Positions 35,662-46,552 of a stretch of 61,934 nt of DNA are shown piece after piece. Positions within the stretch are counted from its first letter, which is position 1. The number at the start of each line of letters is the position of its first letter. The DNA comes from an uncultured Christensenellaceae bacterium (GTDB lineage: Bacteria; Bacillota; Clostridia; Christensenellales; UBA3700): contig CALWKR010000055.1 of the NCBI GenBank assembly GCA_944381315.1, forward strand, positions 1-61,934. Direction: 5' to 3'. A program made the position numbers and the translations under genes. The notes under the pieces are model-generated. The model saw only the letters and a list, made by a program, of their open reading frames with translations. It searched no databases and was not told where the DNA came from.

Positions 35662-37133
35662 TGGAAGACAACCAAAATCTCGGAGAGCTCATTCGCGTAA
35701 GGCGCGAGAAGCTCGCAAAATTGATAGAAGAAGGACACAATCCCTTTGAGGTCGTCCGCTTTGACAAGGACGCCTATGCCGACGCCATCAAGCAGCGCTA
35801 TGCCGACTATGAGGGCAAGACTGTCGCGCTCGCCGGCAGAATGGTCTCCAAGCGCGTCATGGGCAAGGCGAGCTTTGCCAATCTGCTCGACTGCACCGGC
35901 ACGATCCAGCTCTATGTCAGCCGCGACGATCTCGGCGAAGAGAATTATGCCGCGTTCAAAAAGACCGACATCGGCGACATCATCGGGATCAAGGGCAAAG
36001 TCTTCACGACCAAGATGGGCGAGATCTCCGTCCATTGCACGTCCGTGCAGCTGCTCGCGAAGTCGCTGCTGCCGTTGCCCGAAAAGTTCCACGGCCTCAA
36101 AGACGCCGATCTGCGCTACCGCCAGAGATATGTCGACCTCATCGCCAACCCCGAGGTCAAACAGGTGTTCGTCACGCGCAGCCGCATCATCACCGCCGTC
36201 AGGAGCTATCTCGATTCGCAGGGCTTCATCGAGGTGGAGACGCCCATCCTCAACACGATCGCGGGCGGAGCGTCCGCGCGTCCTTTCGTCACGCACCACA
36301 ACACTCTCGATATCGGCATGTATATGCGCATCGCCCCCGAGCTCTATCTCAAACGCCTCATCGTCGGAGGCTTCGAAAAAGTGTACGAGCTGGGGCGTAT
36401 GTTCCGCAACGAGGGCATGGACACCAAGCACAACCCCGAATTCACGATGATAGAGATGTATCAGGCATACACCGACTATCACGGCATGATGGACTTGGTC
36501 GAGAACATTTTCAATTATGTCGCGACCACCGTCAAGGGCACGACCAAGATCAGCTATCAGGGGCAGGACATCGATCTCACGTCGCCGTGGCGCAGACTGT
36601 CGATGATCGACGCCGTCAAGGAGTATCTGGGCATCGACTTCGAGCAGGGGAGCATAGAAGAGCTTCGCGCCGCCGCAAAGGCGAAGGGAGTCGAGTTCGA
36701 CGACGACATTTGCTGGGGCAAGCTGCTCTATGAGTGCTTTGACCAAAAGATAGAAGAGCAGCTCGTGCAGCCCACGTTCATCTTTGACTATCCCGTCGAA
36801 GTGTCGCCGCTTGCCAAGCGCAAGCCCTCGGATCCGAGGCTCACCGAGAGATTCGAGTTCTTCATCACTTCGCGCGAGATGGGCAACGCCTTCTCCGAAC
36901 TCAACGATCCGATCGACCAAAAAGAGAGATTTTTGGCGCAGGTCAAGCAGCGCGAAAAGGGCGACGAAGAAGCTCAAATGATGGACGACGACTACATCAA
37001 CGCGTTGATGTACGGACTGCCGCCGACAGGCGGTCTCGGCATCGGCATCGATCGAATGGTCATGCTTTTGACCGATCAGCCCAGCATAAGGGACGTCATG
37101 CTGTTCCCGACCATGAAACCATTGGGGAAATAA
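35661..37133 (+). CDS. lysS: Lysine--tRNA ligase (class II)
   Basis: 490 aa with [10 protein letters not shown]...FRNEG....HNPEFT..E.Y. ATG overlaps the greA TAA. Confidence 0.97.
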   Translation: MEDNQNLGELIRVRREKLAKLIEEGHNPFEVVRFDKDAYADAIKQRYADYEGKTVALAGRMVSKRVMGKASFANLLDCTGTIQLYVSRDDLGEENYAAFKKTDIGDIIGIKGKVFTTKMGEISVHCTSVQLLAKSLLPLPEKFHGLKDADLRYRQRYVDLIANPEVKQVFVTRSRIITAVRSYLDSQGFIEVETPILNTIAGGASARPFVTHHNTLDIGMYMRIAPELYLKRLIVGGFEKVYELGRMFRNEGMDTKHNPEFTMIEMYQAYTDYHGMMDLVENIFNYVATTVKGTTKISYQGQDIDLTSPWRRLSMIDAVKEYLGIDFEQGSIEELRAAAKAKGVEFDDDICWGKLLYECFDQKIEEQLVQPTFIFDYPVEVSPLAKRKPSDPRLTERFEFFITSREMGNAFSELNDPIDQKERFLAQVKQREKGDEEAQMMDDDYINALMYGLPPTGGLGIGIDRMVMLLTDQPSIRDVMLFPTMKPLGK

Positions 37134-37164
37134 AAGGAGAGCAGTCGCAAGACTGCTTTTTCAT

Positions 37165-38430
37165 ATGCAGGAATTCTACGCACCGCTTTTCGACAAGATA
37201 AACGACGTTTCGAGCCAAGCCGTCGCGCGCTTTTGTATGCCCGGACACTCGGGCAAGGCGGACGGGGCGCTCTATGCGAGCGCGCCTTTCGACCTAACCG
37301 AGTTGGACGGACTTGACAATATGCTCGCGCCCGCGGGAGTCATCGCCGAAGCGGAAAGGGCGGCGGCAAGAGCGTACAGATCGCTGCACGCGCTCTTTTT
37401 CACTGCCGGCGCGACGTCTGCCATGCACACCGCGATCGCCGTCGCCAAGCCCAAGGGCGAGATCTATGCCGTCGGGCGACTGCACAAGAGTTTTTATGGC
37501 GGCTGCGCGCTGTTGGGCGCGAGGATAGTGCAGTTCGACGACATCGACGCCTTTGTCGCGTCCGACGTGTACGGCGGCACGGCATTCTTCACTTATGTCG
37601 ATTATTTCGGCAATGTCGTCAATGACTCCGCTCTTGTCGATTTTTGCAGATCGCGCGAGATCGCCAGCGTCGCCGACAGCGCGCACGGAGCGCATTTTGC
37701 ATTCAGTCGGCTGCTGCCCAAGCTCACCAAAGCCGACGTCGCGATCTACGGCATGCACAAGACGATGCCCGTCTACGGCGGCGGCGCAGTCCTCACTTGC
37801 AACGACGGCGGCTACGCCGACGAGGCGGCATATTGGCGACAGTTCGTCCACACCACTTCGCCGTCCTATCTCGTGATGGCGAGCATGGATTATGCGCGCG
37901 CTCTGTTTGAGCGCGACGGCGAGAATTTTTATCGCGATATCTTGGACGCAAGACGCGCGTTCGACGCAGCCGATCTCGGAGTTTTTCGCACGCTGCGCAA
38001 CAAAGATTTTTCGCGGCTGGTGTTGATCGCGGACGGTTTCGACGCTTCGGGATTCGTTGCGTTCTGCGCCAAGCGAGGGATAATGGCGGAGGCGGCGATA
38101 GGCGATCGCGCGGTGTTCATCAGCACTCCGGACAACGTCGGCAAACTGCCCCTTGTCGCCGACGCGGCGAGCAGATACAGACCGCACGAGCGGATAGTCC
38201 CGCCCCCTCGGCGCAAGCGCGAAAGACGCTGTCACGACGGCGAGATCGAGTTTGTGTCGCCCGAAGATTGCGAGGGCAGAGTCTGCGCCGCGGACATCGG
38301 CCTCTATCCTCCGGGCACGCCGTGGATAATGCGCGGAGACGTGTTCACCGAAGAGGACGCCGAGTTTTTGAAAGCCAACGCGCATATGCTCTTTGGACTT
38401 GTAAACGGACGCGTGGTTGTGGTAAAATAG
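37165..38430 (+). CDS. PLP-dependent Orn/Lys/Arg decarboxylase-family protein (YaaO-like)
   Basis: 421 aa with FCMPGHSGK...DSAHGAH...HKT. Conserved position upstream of tmk. Confidence 0.8.
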   Translation: MQEFYAPLFDKINDVSSQAVARFCMPGHSGKADGALYASAPFDLTELDGLDNMLAPAGVIAEAERAAARAYRSLHALFFTAGATSAMHTAIAVAKPKGEIYAVGRLHKSFYGGCALLGARIVQFDDIDAFVASDVYGGTAFFTYVDYFGNVVNDSALVDFCRSREIASVADSAHGAHFAFSRLLPKLTKADVAIYGMHKTMPVYGGGAVLTCNDGGYADEAAYWRQFVHTTSPSYLVMASMDYARALFERDGENFYRDILDARRAFDAADLGVFRTLRNKDFSRLVLIADGFDASGFVAFCAKRGIMAEAAIGDRAVFISTPDNVGKLPLVADAASRYRPHERIVPPPRRKRERRCHDGEIEFVSPEDCEGRVCAADIGLYPPGTPWIMRGDVFTEEDAEFLKANAHMLFGLVNGRVVVVK

Positions 38431-38434
38431 GAAT

Positions 38435-39064
38435 ATGAACAGAGGCAAGTTCGTCACATTCGAAGGCTGCGAGGGCGTGGGCAAGACCACCCAGGTCGAG
38501 ATGCTCAGGCAATATCTGTCCGAGAAGGGCAGCGACTTTTTGTTCTTGCGCGAGCCGGGAGGCAACGCCGTGTCCGAGAAGATACGCGCGCTCATCCTTT
38601 CGCGCGAAAACGGCTTTATGAGCGACCGCTGCGAGGCGCTGCTCTATTGCGCGTCGCGCGCCCAGCTCGTGGATACGACGATACGCCCCGCGCTCGAGGG
38701 CGGCAAGCTCGTCGTCTGCGATCGTTTCACAGATTCCACGTTCGCCTATCAGGGCGTCGCGAGGGGCCTGGGAGCCGACTATATCGCCGCGCTCAACGAG
38801 CTGACTTGCGGCGACGTCATGCCCGACGTCACGATCTTTTTGGATATGTCGCCGCGCGAAGCGTTTGCGCGCAAGGGCGGCGCCGATCCCGGCGACAGAT
38901 TGGAGAGCGCGGGCATGGACTTCCACGAAAAAGTCTATCGCGGCTATCTGCGCGCCGCCGAGATCTATCCCGAGCGCATAAAGAAGATAGACGCGCGCCG
39001 CTCGCCCGAGCAAGTGTTCGCGAGCGTGCTCGACGTGCTCAAAGCGCAGGGGGTGCTGTCGTGA
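38435..39064 (+). CDS. tmk: Thymidylate kinase
   Basis: 209 aa with FVTFEGCEGVGKTTQ...DRF.DST.AYQG. Confidence 0.96.
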   Translation: MNRGKFVTFEGCEGVGKTTQVEMLRQYLSEKGSDFLFLREPGGNAVSEKIRALILSRENGFMSDRCEALLYCASRAQLVDTTIRPALEGGKLVVCDRFTDSTFAYQGVARGLGADYIAALNELTCGDVMPDVTIFLDMSPREAFARKGGADPGDRLESAGMDFHEKVYRGYLRAAEIYPERIKKIDARRSPEQVFASVLDVLKAQGVLS

Positions 39065-40038
39065 AGACGATCTATCGCGCGCTGCGCGAGTCTCTGCCTT
39101 GCCGTACAGTGCGCGAGGACAAGCTGCACGGCAGGCTCAACCACAGCTATCTCGTGATCGCCGAGGACGAAGAGGTGCGCAAAAAGCTTGGCAGAGAGCT
39201 TGCCAAGGCGGCGCTTTGTCCGCGCGGCGGCTGCGACGAGTGCGACGTCTGCGCGGCGATCAACGATAAGAATCATATCTCGCTCGTGTTCGAGAAGAGG
39301 GACAAACTCAACGTCGAGGACGTCGAAAACTTGGTCGACAACACCTTTTTTACGTCCGGTTTCGGCGGCGATCTCAAATGCTATCTGATCGTCAATGTGC
39401 AGGGCATGAACGAGCGCGCGCAAAACAAGTTCCTCAAAACGCTCGAGGAGCCGACCGGCGACGTCGTATTCTTCCTCGAAGCGCCCAACAGACAGTCGGT
39501 GCTCGACACGATCGCTTCGAGATGCAAGACTCTCTATTTCCCCGGCTTTGAGGCAGAGACGCTGACGGAGATCTTGCAAGAGGAAGTGCCTCGCGATCCG
39601 AACGTATCGGACGCGGATCGCGCCGAGACGATAGAGAGGGCGGCGGCTTGCGCCTACGGCAGCTATTCCAAGGCAAAGCTGCTTGCCGAAGACGGAGATT
39701 TTTCGAGGTTGTTCGCGCTCGTTGCGGACATACTCGTCAAGATGACTGACAGCAAAAAGATGGACGAACAGGCGGCGCGGCTCGCGCCGTACAAAAACGA
39801 CGTCGGCAAGGTGCTCGATATGCTCGAAACGGTGCTCTCGCTGCTCGTCGACCGCAACGGCGTCAAGTCCCCGATGATAGACGCCTTGGCGCAGACGTTC
39901 GACAGGGCGTCCGTGGTCAATTCGCTGGGGCTCGTCGCCGAGGCGAAGCGGAAGATAGAGCGCAACTGCAATGCTCAATCTGTGCTGGACGTGCTCTTTT
40001 TGGGAATTTTGGAGGTAAAGTATCTATGCCGGAGATAG
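39061..40038 (+). CDS. holB: DNA polymerase III delta' subunit (degenerate P-loop, Cys module)
   Basis: GTG 39061 overlaps the tmk TGA. 325 aa with LNHSYLVIAEDE...CPRGGCDECDVCAAI...NKFLKTLEEP. Only the 3' part of track ORF 38647..40038 is used. Confidence 0.85.
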   Translation: MKTIYRALRESLPCRTVREDKLHGRLNHSYLVIAEDEEVRKKLGRELAKAALCPRGGCDECDVCAAINDKNHISLVFEKRDKLNVEDVENLVDNTFFTSGFGGDLKCYLIVNVQGMNERAQNKFLKTLEEPTGDVVFFLEAPNRQSVLDTIASRCKTLYFPGFEAETLTEILQEEVPRDPNVSDADRAETIERAAACAYGSYSKAKLLAEDGDFSRLFALVADILVKMTDSKKMDEQAARLAPYKNDVGKVLDMLETVLSLLVDRNGVKSPMIDALAQTFDRASVVNSLGLVAEAKRKIERNCNAQSVLDVLFLGILEVKYLCRR

Positions 40039-40889
40039 TCGGTATCAAGTTTGCGGGCAACGGCAAGTCCTACTATTTTGACCCGCAGGGACAACAACTT
40101 CAAGTCGGAGACGGCGCGATCGTCGAGACCGTGCGCGGAGTCGAGTACGGCACCGTGTCCATCGCCAATCAGCAAGTCCCCGATTCGGAACTCAAGGGCG
40201 CGTTGAAGCCCGTGATCCGCAAGGCGACGCCGCAGGACGACATGCGCGCGAAAGAGAATGAGCGGCTCGCCGAAAAGGCGCTGGATATCTGCGCTTCGAA
40301 GATAGCCAAGCACGGGCTGAAAATGAAGCTCGTCGGCGCGGAATATACCTTCGACCGCAACAAGGTCATCTTCTCGTTCACCGCGGACGGGAGAGTGGAC
40401 TTCCGCGAGCTCGTCAAGGACGTCGCGTCCGTCATGCACACGAGGATAGAGCTGCGCCAGATCTATGAGCGCGACGACATTCGCATGCGCGGAGCGATGG
40501 GGATGTGCGGCAGGCCGTGCTGCTGCATACAGTTTTTGGACGACTACGAAAAAGTCACCGTCAAGATGGCGAAGAACCAAAATCTCTCGCTCAATCCGAC
40601 CAAGGTCAGCGGTATGTGCGGCAAGTTGATGTGCTGCTTGAAGTATGAGAACGAGTACTATGCCGAGACGATGAAGCTGATGCCCAAGCACGGCGCGATC
40701 GTCAGGACCGCGGACGGCGAGGGCAGAGTGGACGAAGTCGACATGCTGCGCAGGCGCGTGCGCGTCGCGATCGAAGGCGACGACGGAGTCACCAAAAACT
40801 ATTACGGGCTCGGCGAATTCGAGGTGATCGGCAAGCAGCCGCCGCGCCGCGAGAAAGAGGAGAGCAACGACGAAGAACGCGAAGATTGA
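40026..40889 (+). CDS. ricT: PSP1-domain protein RicT/YaaT
   Basis: 287 aa with the Cys-rich block MCGRPCCCIQFL...MCGKLMCCLKYE. Confidence 0.93.
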   Translation: MPEIVGIKFAGNGKSYYFDPQGQQLQVGDGAIVETVRGVEYGTVSIANQQVPDSELKGALKPVIRKATPQDDMRAKENERLAEKALDICASKIAKHGLKMKLVGAEYTFDRNKVIFSFTADGRVDFRELVKDVASVMHTRIELRQIYERDDIRMRGAMGMCGRPCCCIQFLDDYEKVTVKMAKNQNLSLNPTKVSGMCGKLMCCLKYENEYYAETMKLMPKHGAIVRTADGEGRVDEVDMLRRRVRVAIEGDDGVTKNYYGLGEFEVIGKQPPRREKEESNDEERED

Positions 40890-40936
40890 CGCGCACGCTT
40901 GCGATCTTTTGCCAAAATTAGCCAAGGCAAAAAGTG

Positions 40937-40965
40937 TTTACAAAGGCGAGATCGTGTGCTATAAT
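40937..40965 (+). promoter_or_regulatory. Promoter for the ferredoxin gene
   Basis: TTTACA (40937-40942), 17-nt spacer, TGcTATAAT (hexamer 40960-40965). Confidence 0.65.
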
Positions 40966-40994
40966 CAAAATATAAAATAATTGCGAGGTGCATT

Positions 40995-41165
40995 ATGGCT
41001 TATGTAATCGGTGATGCTTGCATCAAGTGCGGTTCCTGCGCGGCTTCTTGCCCCGTCGGCGCGATCAGCGAAGGCGACGACAAGTTCGTTATCGACGCAG
41101 ATTCTTGCATTTCTTGCGGCACTTGTGCCGCGGGCTGCCCGGTAGAGGCAATCAGCGAAGACTAA
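40995..41165 (+). CDS. fdx: 2x[4Fe-4S] clostridial-type ferredoxin
   Basis: Hand-translated 56 aa MAYVIGDACIKCGSCAASCPVGAISEGDDKFVIDADSCISCGTCAAGCPVEAISED, too short for the ORF track. GAGGTG SD. Confidence 0.93.
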   Translation: MAYVIGDACIKCGSCAASCPVGAISEGDDKFVIDADSCISCGTCAAGCPVEAISED

Positions 41166-41180
41166 TCTCTTTGCTCACCA

Positions 41181-41202
41181 AAGACGCGTGAGCGTCTTTT
41201 TT
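41181..41202 (+). terminator. Rho-independent terminator after fdx
   Basis: AAGACGC-GTGA-GCGTCTT followed by a T-run. Confidence 0.8.
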
Positions 41203-41416
41203 GGGGAGTGGTTAGCATAGCACAACCGATCCATTGCCATCGGCAAATGCCCGAACGAGCTTCGGGACGACAAAGCGAGCTGCCTATCGGCAGTTCTTTT
41301 TTTGTAAAAAAGAAAACGCGCGGAATGCGGCGCGTCTGCGTCGGCTCCGAGAAACAGAGCCGATAGGATAATTTTGTCGGAAGGGGCAAAACGAAGCGTA
41401 GGCAAGAGCGGCGAAC

Positions 41417-42166
41417 TCAGCATTCGAGCACAGCCGACAGCACCGACGCCACGGCGCGATAGCCGTTGCTGTTCAGATGCAGACCGTCGGGAGTGTAGCC
41501 GGCGATCAGCTTGCCTTCGCTGTCTGTGAGCACGGAGCGGACGTCGACATAGGTGCAGCCCCACTGCTCGCAGATCGCGGGGAGCGCGGCGTTGATCGCG
41601 TCGATGTCCGCATTGGAGCGATCGGCGACGAAATTCATATAGGCAGGGTAGGTGTCGGGGTTGACGGGATAGAGCGATTGGACGATGACGTCGGCGTCTG
41701 TTTGGGTGGTCAGGATGCGCAAAATTTCGGATATGTTTTGAGTTATTTGCTCGGGAGAGGCTCCGTGATGCAGGTCGTTCACTCCGCCCAAGAAGACCAC
41801 TTTGGACGGATGAAAGGCGACGACGTTGCTCTCTATGCGGTCCAGCATCCCGTCGGTGGTGTCGCCTGCGATGCCGCGGTTGAGCGCGCCGAGCGACGGA
41901 TAGAAGCGGTCCAGATCGCAGAATTCGGTCAGCGAGTCGCCGAAGAAGATGACCTTGCCTTGGGGATCGTCGGCGTCGGCATAGGCGGCGGCCTTGGAGT
42001 CTTTTGGGGTGATGAGCTTGAACATATTGTCTCCGTAGGCGCTGTAAAACACGCCGAAGACGGAGAGCGCCACGGCGATCGCGGCGAGCGCGATCATCAT
42101 GACGGCAAGGCGCAGTTTTTCGCCTGCGAATTCGTCTTTGGGCTTGCGGATACGAGCGTCTTTCAT
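41417..42166 (-). CDS. Membrane-anchored SGNH/GDSL hydrolase
   Basis: 249 aa with an N-terminal TM helix, FFGDSLTEF (GDS block), GGVND and DGLHLN blocks. Confidence 0.85.
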   Translation of the reverse strand: MKDARIRKPKDEFAGEKLRLAVMMIALAAIAVALSVFGVFYSAYGDNMFKLITPKDSKAAAYADADDPQGKVIFFGDSLTEFCDLDRFYPSLGALNRGIAGDTTDGMLDRIESNVVAFHPSKVVFLGGVNDLHHGASPEQITQNISEILRILTTQTDADVIVQSLYPVNPDTYPAYMNFVADRSNADIDAINAALPAICEQWGCTYVDVRSVLTDSEGKLIAGYTPDGLHLNSNGYRAVASVLSAVLEC

Positions 42167-42272
42167 CGCCGATATTATAATACCATAGCAGTCGTTTTGT
42201 CAATATCTGTGCCGAGCGCGCGCGTCCGACGAAAAATTTGGAGAAAAAGCGCGCAAAAAAGTTATAAAAACA

Positions 42273-42302
42273 TTTACAAACGCGTGCGCGATATGCTATA
42301 AT
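42273..42302 (+). promoter_or_regulatory. Promoter for the giant acidic protein gene
   Basis: TTTACA (42273-42278), 18-nt spacer, TGcTATAAT (hexamer 42297-42302). Confidence 0.6.
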
Positions 42303-42334
42303 AGTCGCAGATTGTTATTGGAGAAGTTTTGGCT

Positions 42335-45300
42335 ATGAGCAAATCAAAAGTCAACAGAAACGGAATCAATACCGATTTCGACCCCGAGCGCATCTCGAAC
42401 GCAGGCCCCGACAACGACGCTCTTCTCGATTACGAGACCGAGCGCGTCGTCCGCGGCGTCGCAGGCAAAGACAAGGCAGCCGCGATCGCGATGCCTGCCA
42501 AGAAAGACGAGATCCGCTATGGCAAAAAGAAGGATCCCAACCGCAGAGACCACAGATACCACGGCGTGGGCGCAGGCATCTTGGTCGTGATCCTCTTGCT
42601 GCTGGTCATCTTGGCGTGCGGCATGTGCGGCGGCAGCGTTTGGGCTTGGAACGAATTTGCCTACCCCTACGTCAACCTCACTCTGCCCGAGGCGGTCGAA
42701 CTGCTCGGCGAGTTGTACAAGGTCGACCCGGGCGCGATCGTCACCAATCCTTACGATCCCGTGCGAGACTTGGATTCTTTCTATGTTTCGTTCAAGAAAG
42801 GACTCTATCTCGATCCCGACACAGAGCTGACGCTCAAAGACATCTTCGACGTCGTCACGTCGCAGCAGGGCGGCTCGGGCGAAGACGGCGATCAGACCGA
42901 GGGCGAGTCTTCGTTGGAGGCGATGCTTGCGTCGCAGGATCTCCCCGGCGAGAATGTGGAGCAGGAAGGCACGGGCAGCGACGCTCTCGACGCTTTGCTC
43001 CAAAAGGTGCAATTCGATTTCAGCTCTCTCGACAGGACGCAGAACTCGCAACTCGAAAAAGAGGTGCTCGAGATCTCCGACCGCGAGCTTGCGGCAGTGC
43101 TCAACGAGGCGCTGACGTTGATAACGGAAGTCGAAGGCGCGCAAGAGCTCGTTGAGCAGATAGGCGTGCAGTTTTCGGATCTGGTGAGGATCGAGCAAGT
43201 CGAGATCTCCGGAGTGGAGAACGTGCTCAATCAGACCAACACCAAGCTGCTCGTGACGGTGTCGCTCCAGATCGGTTCGCACATCGAGACGATCGCCAAC
43301 AACGTGTTGACCAACGTGCTCATCCCGTCGATCCAAGAGAGCAATCCCGACATGGCGGGCACGGTACAGAGCGTTGCGGAAAAGGTCATCCCGATGCTCC
43401 CCAAACTTCTTCCCCAACAAATATACTTCACCGTTGCAGTCTATCCCAATGTGGAGAATGCGGCGGCCGAGATCACTTACAACAATTTGAATGAAGAACA
43501 GCAAGCGCTGCTCGACAAAGCGCTCTCGGGAGTCCTGCTCCCGTTCAATATGGGCGGCGACGAGACTGCCGAAGGCGACGACGCAGCCCAAGGCGAAGAG
43601 GGCTCCGAGGATACCGAGGAGACTGTCCAAGAATATCCGCTGCCCGAATTCATCAACGTGGCGCTAAACTATGCGCTCGATATGATCGGCGACATGGTCA
43701 CGCTCAGCTTTACCAATACCGAAGAGGGCACGGGCGTCGTGCAGACCAAGCCGATCGAGATCATGCTCACTCTTCTCGGCGCGGAGAACATCACTCAGGC
43801 GCAGTTCCTCGCGATCATGCGCGACATCGAAGTGCCGTATGAGGAGATGGACGAGATCTATTCCGACGCCCAATATTCGGAGAGCACGCTCAAGCTCAAT
43901 CTGAACAACTTCATCGACGGCGATGGCGGCTTTGCGGAGAAGTATTTCTTCAACAACACCAACGCCGACGGATCCAAGGTCATCACGGCGGACAACATCT
44001 TTACGATCATCGACGACTTGATGAGCGAAGAGAACATCGCTCGCATCACGATCGCCGACGCGGCGTGGAACGTCGACGATGTGTATAATGCGAACGAATA
44101 CAGACCCGTCGCGCAGTACAATGCCATACCGCAATTGATCAACGGCTATCTCGCCGAGAATATGGACGGCGGCCTCGGAGGCATGCCGGCGACGGTGCTT
44201 GCCGCGCAATATACCGACAACGGCACGGCGGAGGGCGCCATCACTTTGACGATCAAGGCGGAGATCGCCGCTCTCGTCGAAGAGCAGCTCGGCGGAGAAG
44301 GCTCCGAGATCTCGCCCGGTATGCAGGGCTTGATCGAGCAGCTGCTGCCCCCTGCCATCTATCTCAAAGTCACCTATTCGCTTGACGGCGTGAGCGGCGT
44401 CTACATTGCGATCAACAACGCGGACGAGAACTACGGCGACGGCCAGTCCAGCCGCGACTTTGACACGATATTCAGATTGCTCAACATCTTCGGCGCGTCG
44501 CTGACGATGGAGGACGGCACGACGATCACCAACTTCATGCAGATGTGCACGATGATCAACGACGTCATCTCCGGTGCGTTCGAAGAGGTCAGCATCAAGC
44601 TCGGCGGTACTTTGCAATTCACGGAAGACTACGTCATCTTCCCCAACATCTTCGAGCTGATCTCCGTCAACGAGCAATTCTCCTATTCCAACTCCGGAAT
44701 GACGGGCGAAATGACTCAAGAGCAATTCGAAGAGACGTATGCGCTGTCCGACAGCGATATCTATGACATTCTCTGCCGTCTCTACGGCTATGAGGCGGGC
44801 GAAGATCAAGTCGGCGACGATATCGGCGAGATCAAGAGCGAGCTGTCCGACAAATACTACCTCACTTTGTCGGGTACGACGATGGACGGCGTCTTTGAAG
44901 AGATCAAGGGCTTGAAGGATACATATGCCGACAAGCTCAGAATGAAGAAGGCTTCGACAGACACCGCGACGGGGCTCAGCTATATGGCGGACGACGATCG
45001 CCCCCTTGACGAGCTCAGGCCTATTATCAGTGCCGAGTCGCTCGGCGCGCTGATCCAGTCTTCCGGCGAGCTGAATATGGATGAAGAGCTGTCCGTCATC
45101 ACTGCCGTCAACATCATGTCCGTCAAGATAGGGCTCAACGACGACGGCCAAAACACGATCAGCATGGTCGCGGCAGGTACCGTCGACATCGACAATCTGA
45201 CCAATGAGGACGGATCCCCGTCCGACGCGCAGAAGTTCGGACCGCTGTTCCCCGAAAATCTCTATATCCTCATCGAGATCGTCGAGAACGTGAACGGCGA

Positions 45301-46552
45301 CGGCACCGTCACATACAGCACGTCGTACAGCCTCAACGGCATCGACAGCGCATTGATGACCAAGACGATGTTCTTCGTCAGCAAGCTGTCCGGCGATCCG
45401 AGTGCGTCCAAAGAGAGCATCGACAAAACGATCAATAACGGCGTCAACAACGCATTTGGGTCCATCTCTTCGGGAGGTGTTATCGACGTCACGTTTGTGC
45501 CCGACACCGCCGGCGGCGGCAACGGCGGCATAGAATTGAGCACGATCTTCACAATGGCGGTCGAGACGCTCTGGACGGACGAAGAAGGCAACCCTGTAGA
45601 GGGCAAGCCCGACGAAGAGCTCTTCCGCGGCACGATACAGTCGCTGTGGAACAGCGGCCTCACCACAGAAGAAGACTATACCTATGCCAACGGCGAGGCG
45701 AGTTTGGATCTTGAATATGACGATGCGACAGCTCCGTTCAAGATCGATGTTTCAGCAAGGACGGTGTCTACCCAGATCTCCGACGCATGGATCGCGTCGC
45801 AGATCGACGTTGCAGATCTCGCCGGATCCGTAGGTATAAGCGCCGGTTCCGACGGATCTGTCGGCATGGCGGTCTATCAGACATATATCCTGCCGAGAAC
45901 CGATCATAATGTTGACGACACAACAGGCGAAGAGGCAAAAGCGCAGGCGATAAAAGCCGCGTTCGATGGCACGGGCGTCATTGCTCAAGACGCAGGCACA
46001 TTGCTGTTTACGTTGAGCATAACGACGGAGAGTTTGATGGCAGATGAAAGCAGCAACTTGTCCAAGCTCGTTCCCGAGACGGTCTACCTCAGCGCAGGCA
46101 TACCGATCAGCGAAGACGGTCTTGACAACGTCGCCGTCACATTCAACACGATGACCACAGAACAGATCGGAGTGCTCAGACAGATCATGGCAAGAGGCGG
46201 CTTCTCCGTCGATCAACTGTTCGACAACACGACTTCGTCTGCCGATGGTACATCGCTTGCAGAAAAAATCGCAGACACGGAGCTTGTCAATGAAAATGTG
46301 AGCGTCACCGTCAGCAGTCAAATGATCTCGGTGCCTGTTAGAGTAACGGTTGCTGATCTGTTCGGCTTAGACAGCCAAGCGAAGTATTCGTCCGAGATCC
46401 TCACCGATCCCGACAACGGCGCAGGCAATAGCGGTAAGGAACACTATATCTATATAGATTACAGCGGCGGTCAGGTCGGTCTCGGATATATCGGTTACAG
46501 TGTGAGCATCGATGACATCCCCGGCGGCGCAGGCGGCGTGACAGGAGAATAA
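42335..46552 (+). CDS. Giant (about 1405 aa) highly acidic, single-pass membrane-anchored protein with four internal modules; function unknown
   Basis: ATG 42335 lies 10 nt after GGAGA (the track starts at TTG 42329). Basic N-terminus plus TM GAGILVVILLLLVILACGMCGG. Recurring module-end motif KLLPQQIYFTVAVY / QLLPPAIYLKVTY / PLFPENLYILIEI / KLVPETVYLSAGI. Confidence 0.8.
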   Translation: MSKSKVNRNGINTDFDPERISNAGPDNDALLDYETERVVRGVAGKDKAAAIAMPAKKDEIRYGKKKDPNRRDHRYHGVGAGILVVILLLLVILACGMCGGSVWAWNEFAYPYVNLTLPEAVELLGELYKVDPGAIVTNPYDPVRDLDSFYVSFKKGLYLDPDTELTLKDIFDVVTSQQGGSGEDGDQTEGESSLEAMLASQDLPGENVEQEGTGSDALDALLQKVQFDFSSLDRTQNSQLEKEVLEISDRELAAVLNEALTLITEVEGAQELVEQIGVQFSDLVRIEQVEISGVENVLNQTNTKLLVTVSLQIGSHIETIANNVLTNVLIPSIQESNPDMAGTVQSVAEKVIPMLPKLLPQQIYFTVAVYPNVENAAAEITYNNLNEEQQALLDKALSGVLLPFNMGGDETAEGDDAAQGEEGSEDTEETVQEYPLPEFINVALNYALDMIGDMVTLSFTNTEEGTGVVQTKPIEIMLTLLGAENITQAQFLAIMRDIEVPYEEMDEIYSDAQYSESTLKLNLNNFIDGDGGFAEKYFFNNTNADGSKVITADNIFTIIDDLMSEENIARITIADAAWNVDDVYNANEYRPVAQYNAIPQLINGYLAENMDGGLGGMPATVLAAQYTDNGTAEGAITLTIKAEIAALVEEQLGGEGSEISPGMQGLIEQLLPPAIYLKVTYSLDGVSGVYIAINNADENYGDGQSSRDFDTIFRLLNIFGASLTMEDGTTITNFMQMCTMINDVISGAFEEVSIKLGGTLQFTEDYVIFPNIFELISVNEQFSYSNSGMTGEMTQEQFEETYALSDSDIYDILCRLYGYEAGEDQVGDDIGEIKSELSDKYYLTLSGTTMDGVFEEIKGLKDTYADKLRMKKASTDTATGLSYMADDDRPLDELRPIISAESLGALIQSSGELNMDEELSVITAVNIMSVKIGLNDDGQNTISMVAAGTVDIDNLTNEDGSPSDAQKFGPLFPENLYILIEIVENVNGDGTVTYSTSYSLNGIDSALMTKTMFFVSKLSGDPSASKESIDKTINNGVNNAFGSISSGGVIDVTFVPDTAGGGNGGIELSTIFTMAVETLWTDEEGNPVEGKPDEELFRGTIQSLWNSGLTTEEDYTYANGEASLDLEYDDATAPFKIDVSARTVSTQISDAWIASQIDVADLAGSVGISAGSDGSVGMAVYQTYILPRTDHNVDDTTGEEAKAQAIKAAFDGTGVIAQDAGTLLFTLSITTESLMADESSNLSKLVPETVYLSAGIPISEDGLDNVAVTFNTMTTEQIGVLRQIMARGGFSVDQLFDNTTSSADGTSLAEKIADTELVNENVSVTVSSQMISVPVRVTVADLFGLDSQAKYSSEILTDPDNGAGNSGKEHYIYIDYSGGQVGLGYIGYSVSIDDIPGGAGGVTGE

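Noticed and set aside
41203-41345. A second small RNA between the fdx terminator and the GDSL hydrolase gene
   Set aside because: The region shows a weak + strand hairpin with a T-run (CTGCC-TATC-GGCAG followed by TTCTTTTTTT, about 41279-41300) and a minus-strand terminator for the hydrolase gene (ACGCGC...GCGCGT followed by T-rich sequence). No promoter-like -35/-10 pair was found, so it is most simply a set of back-to-back terminators.
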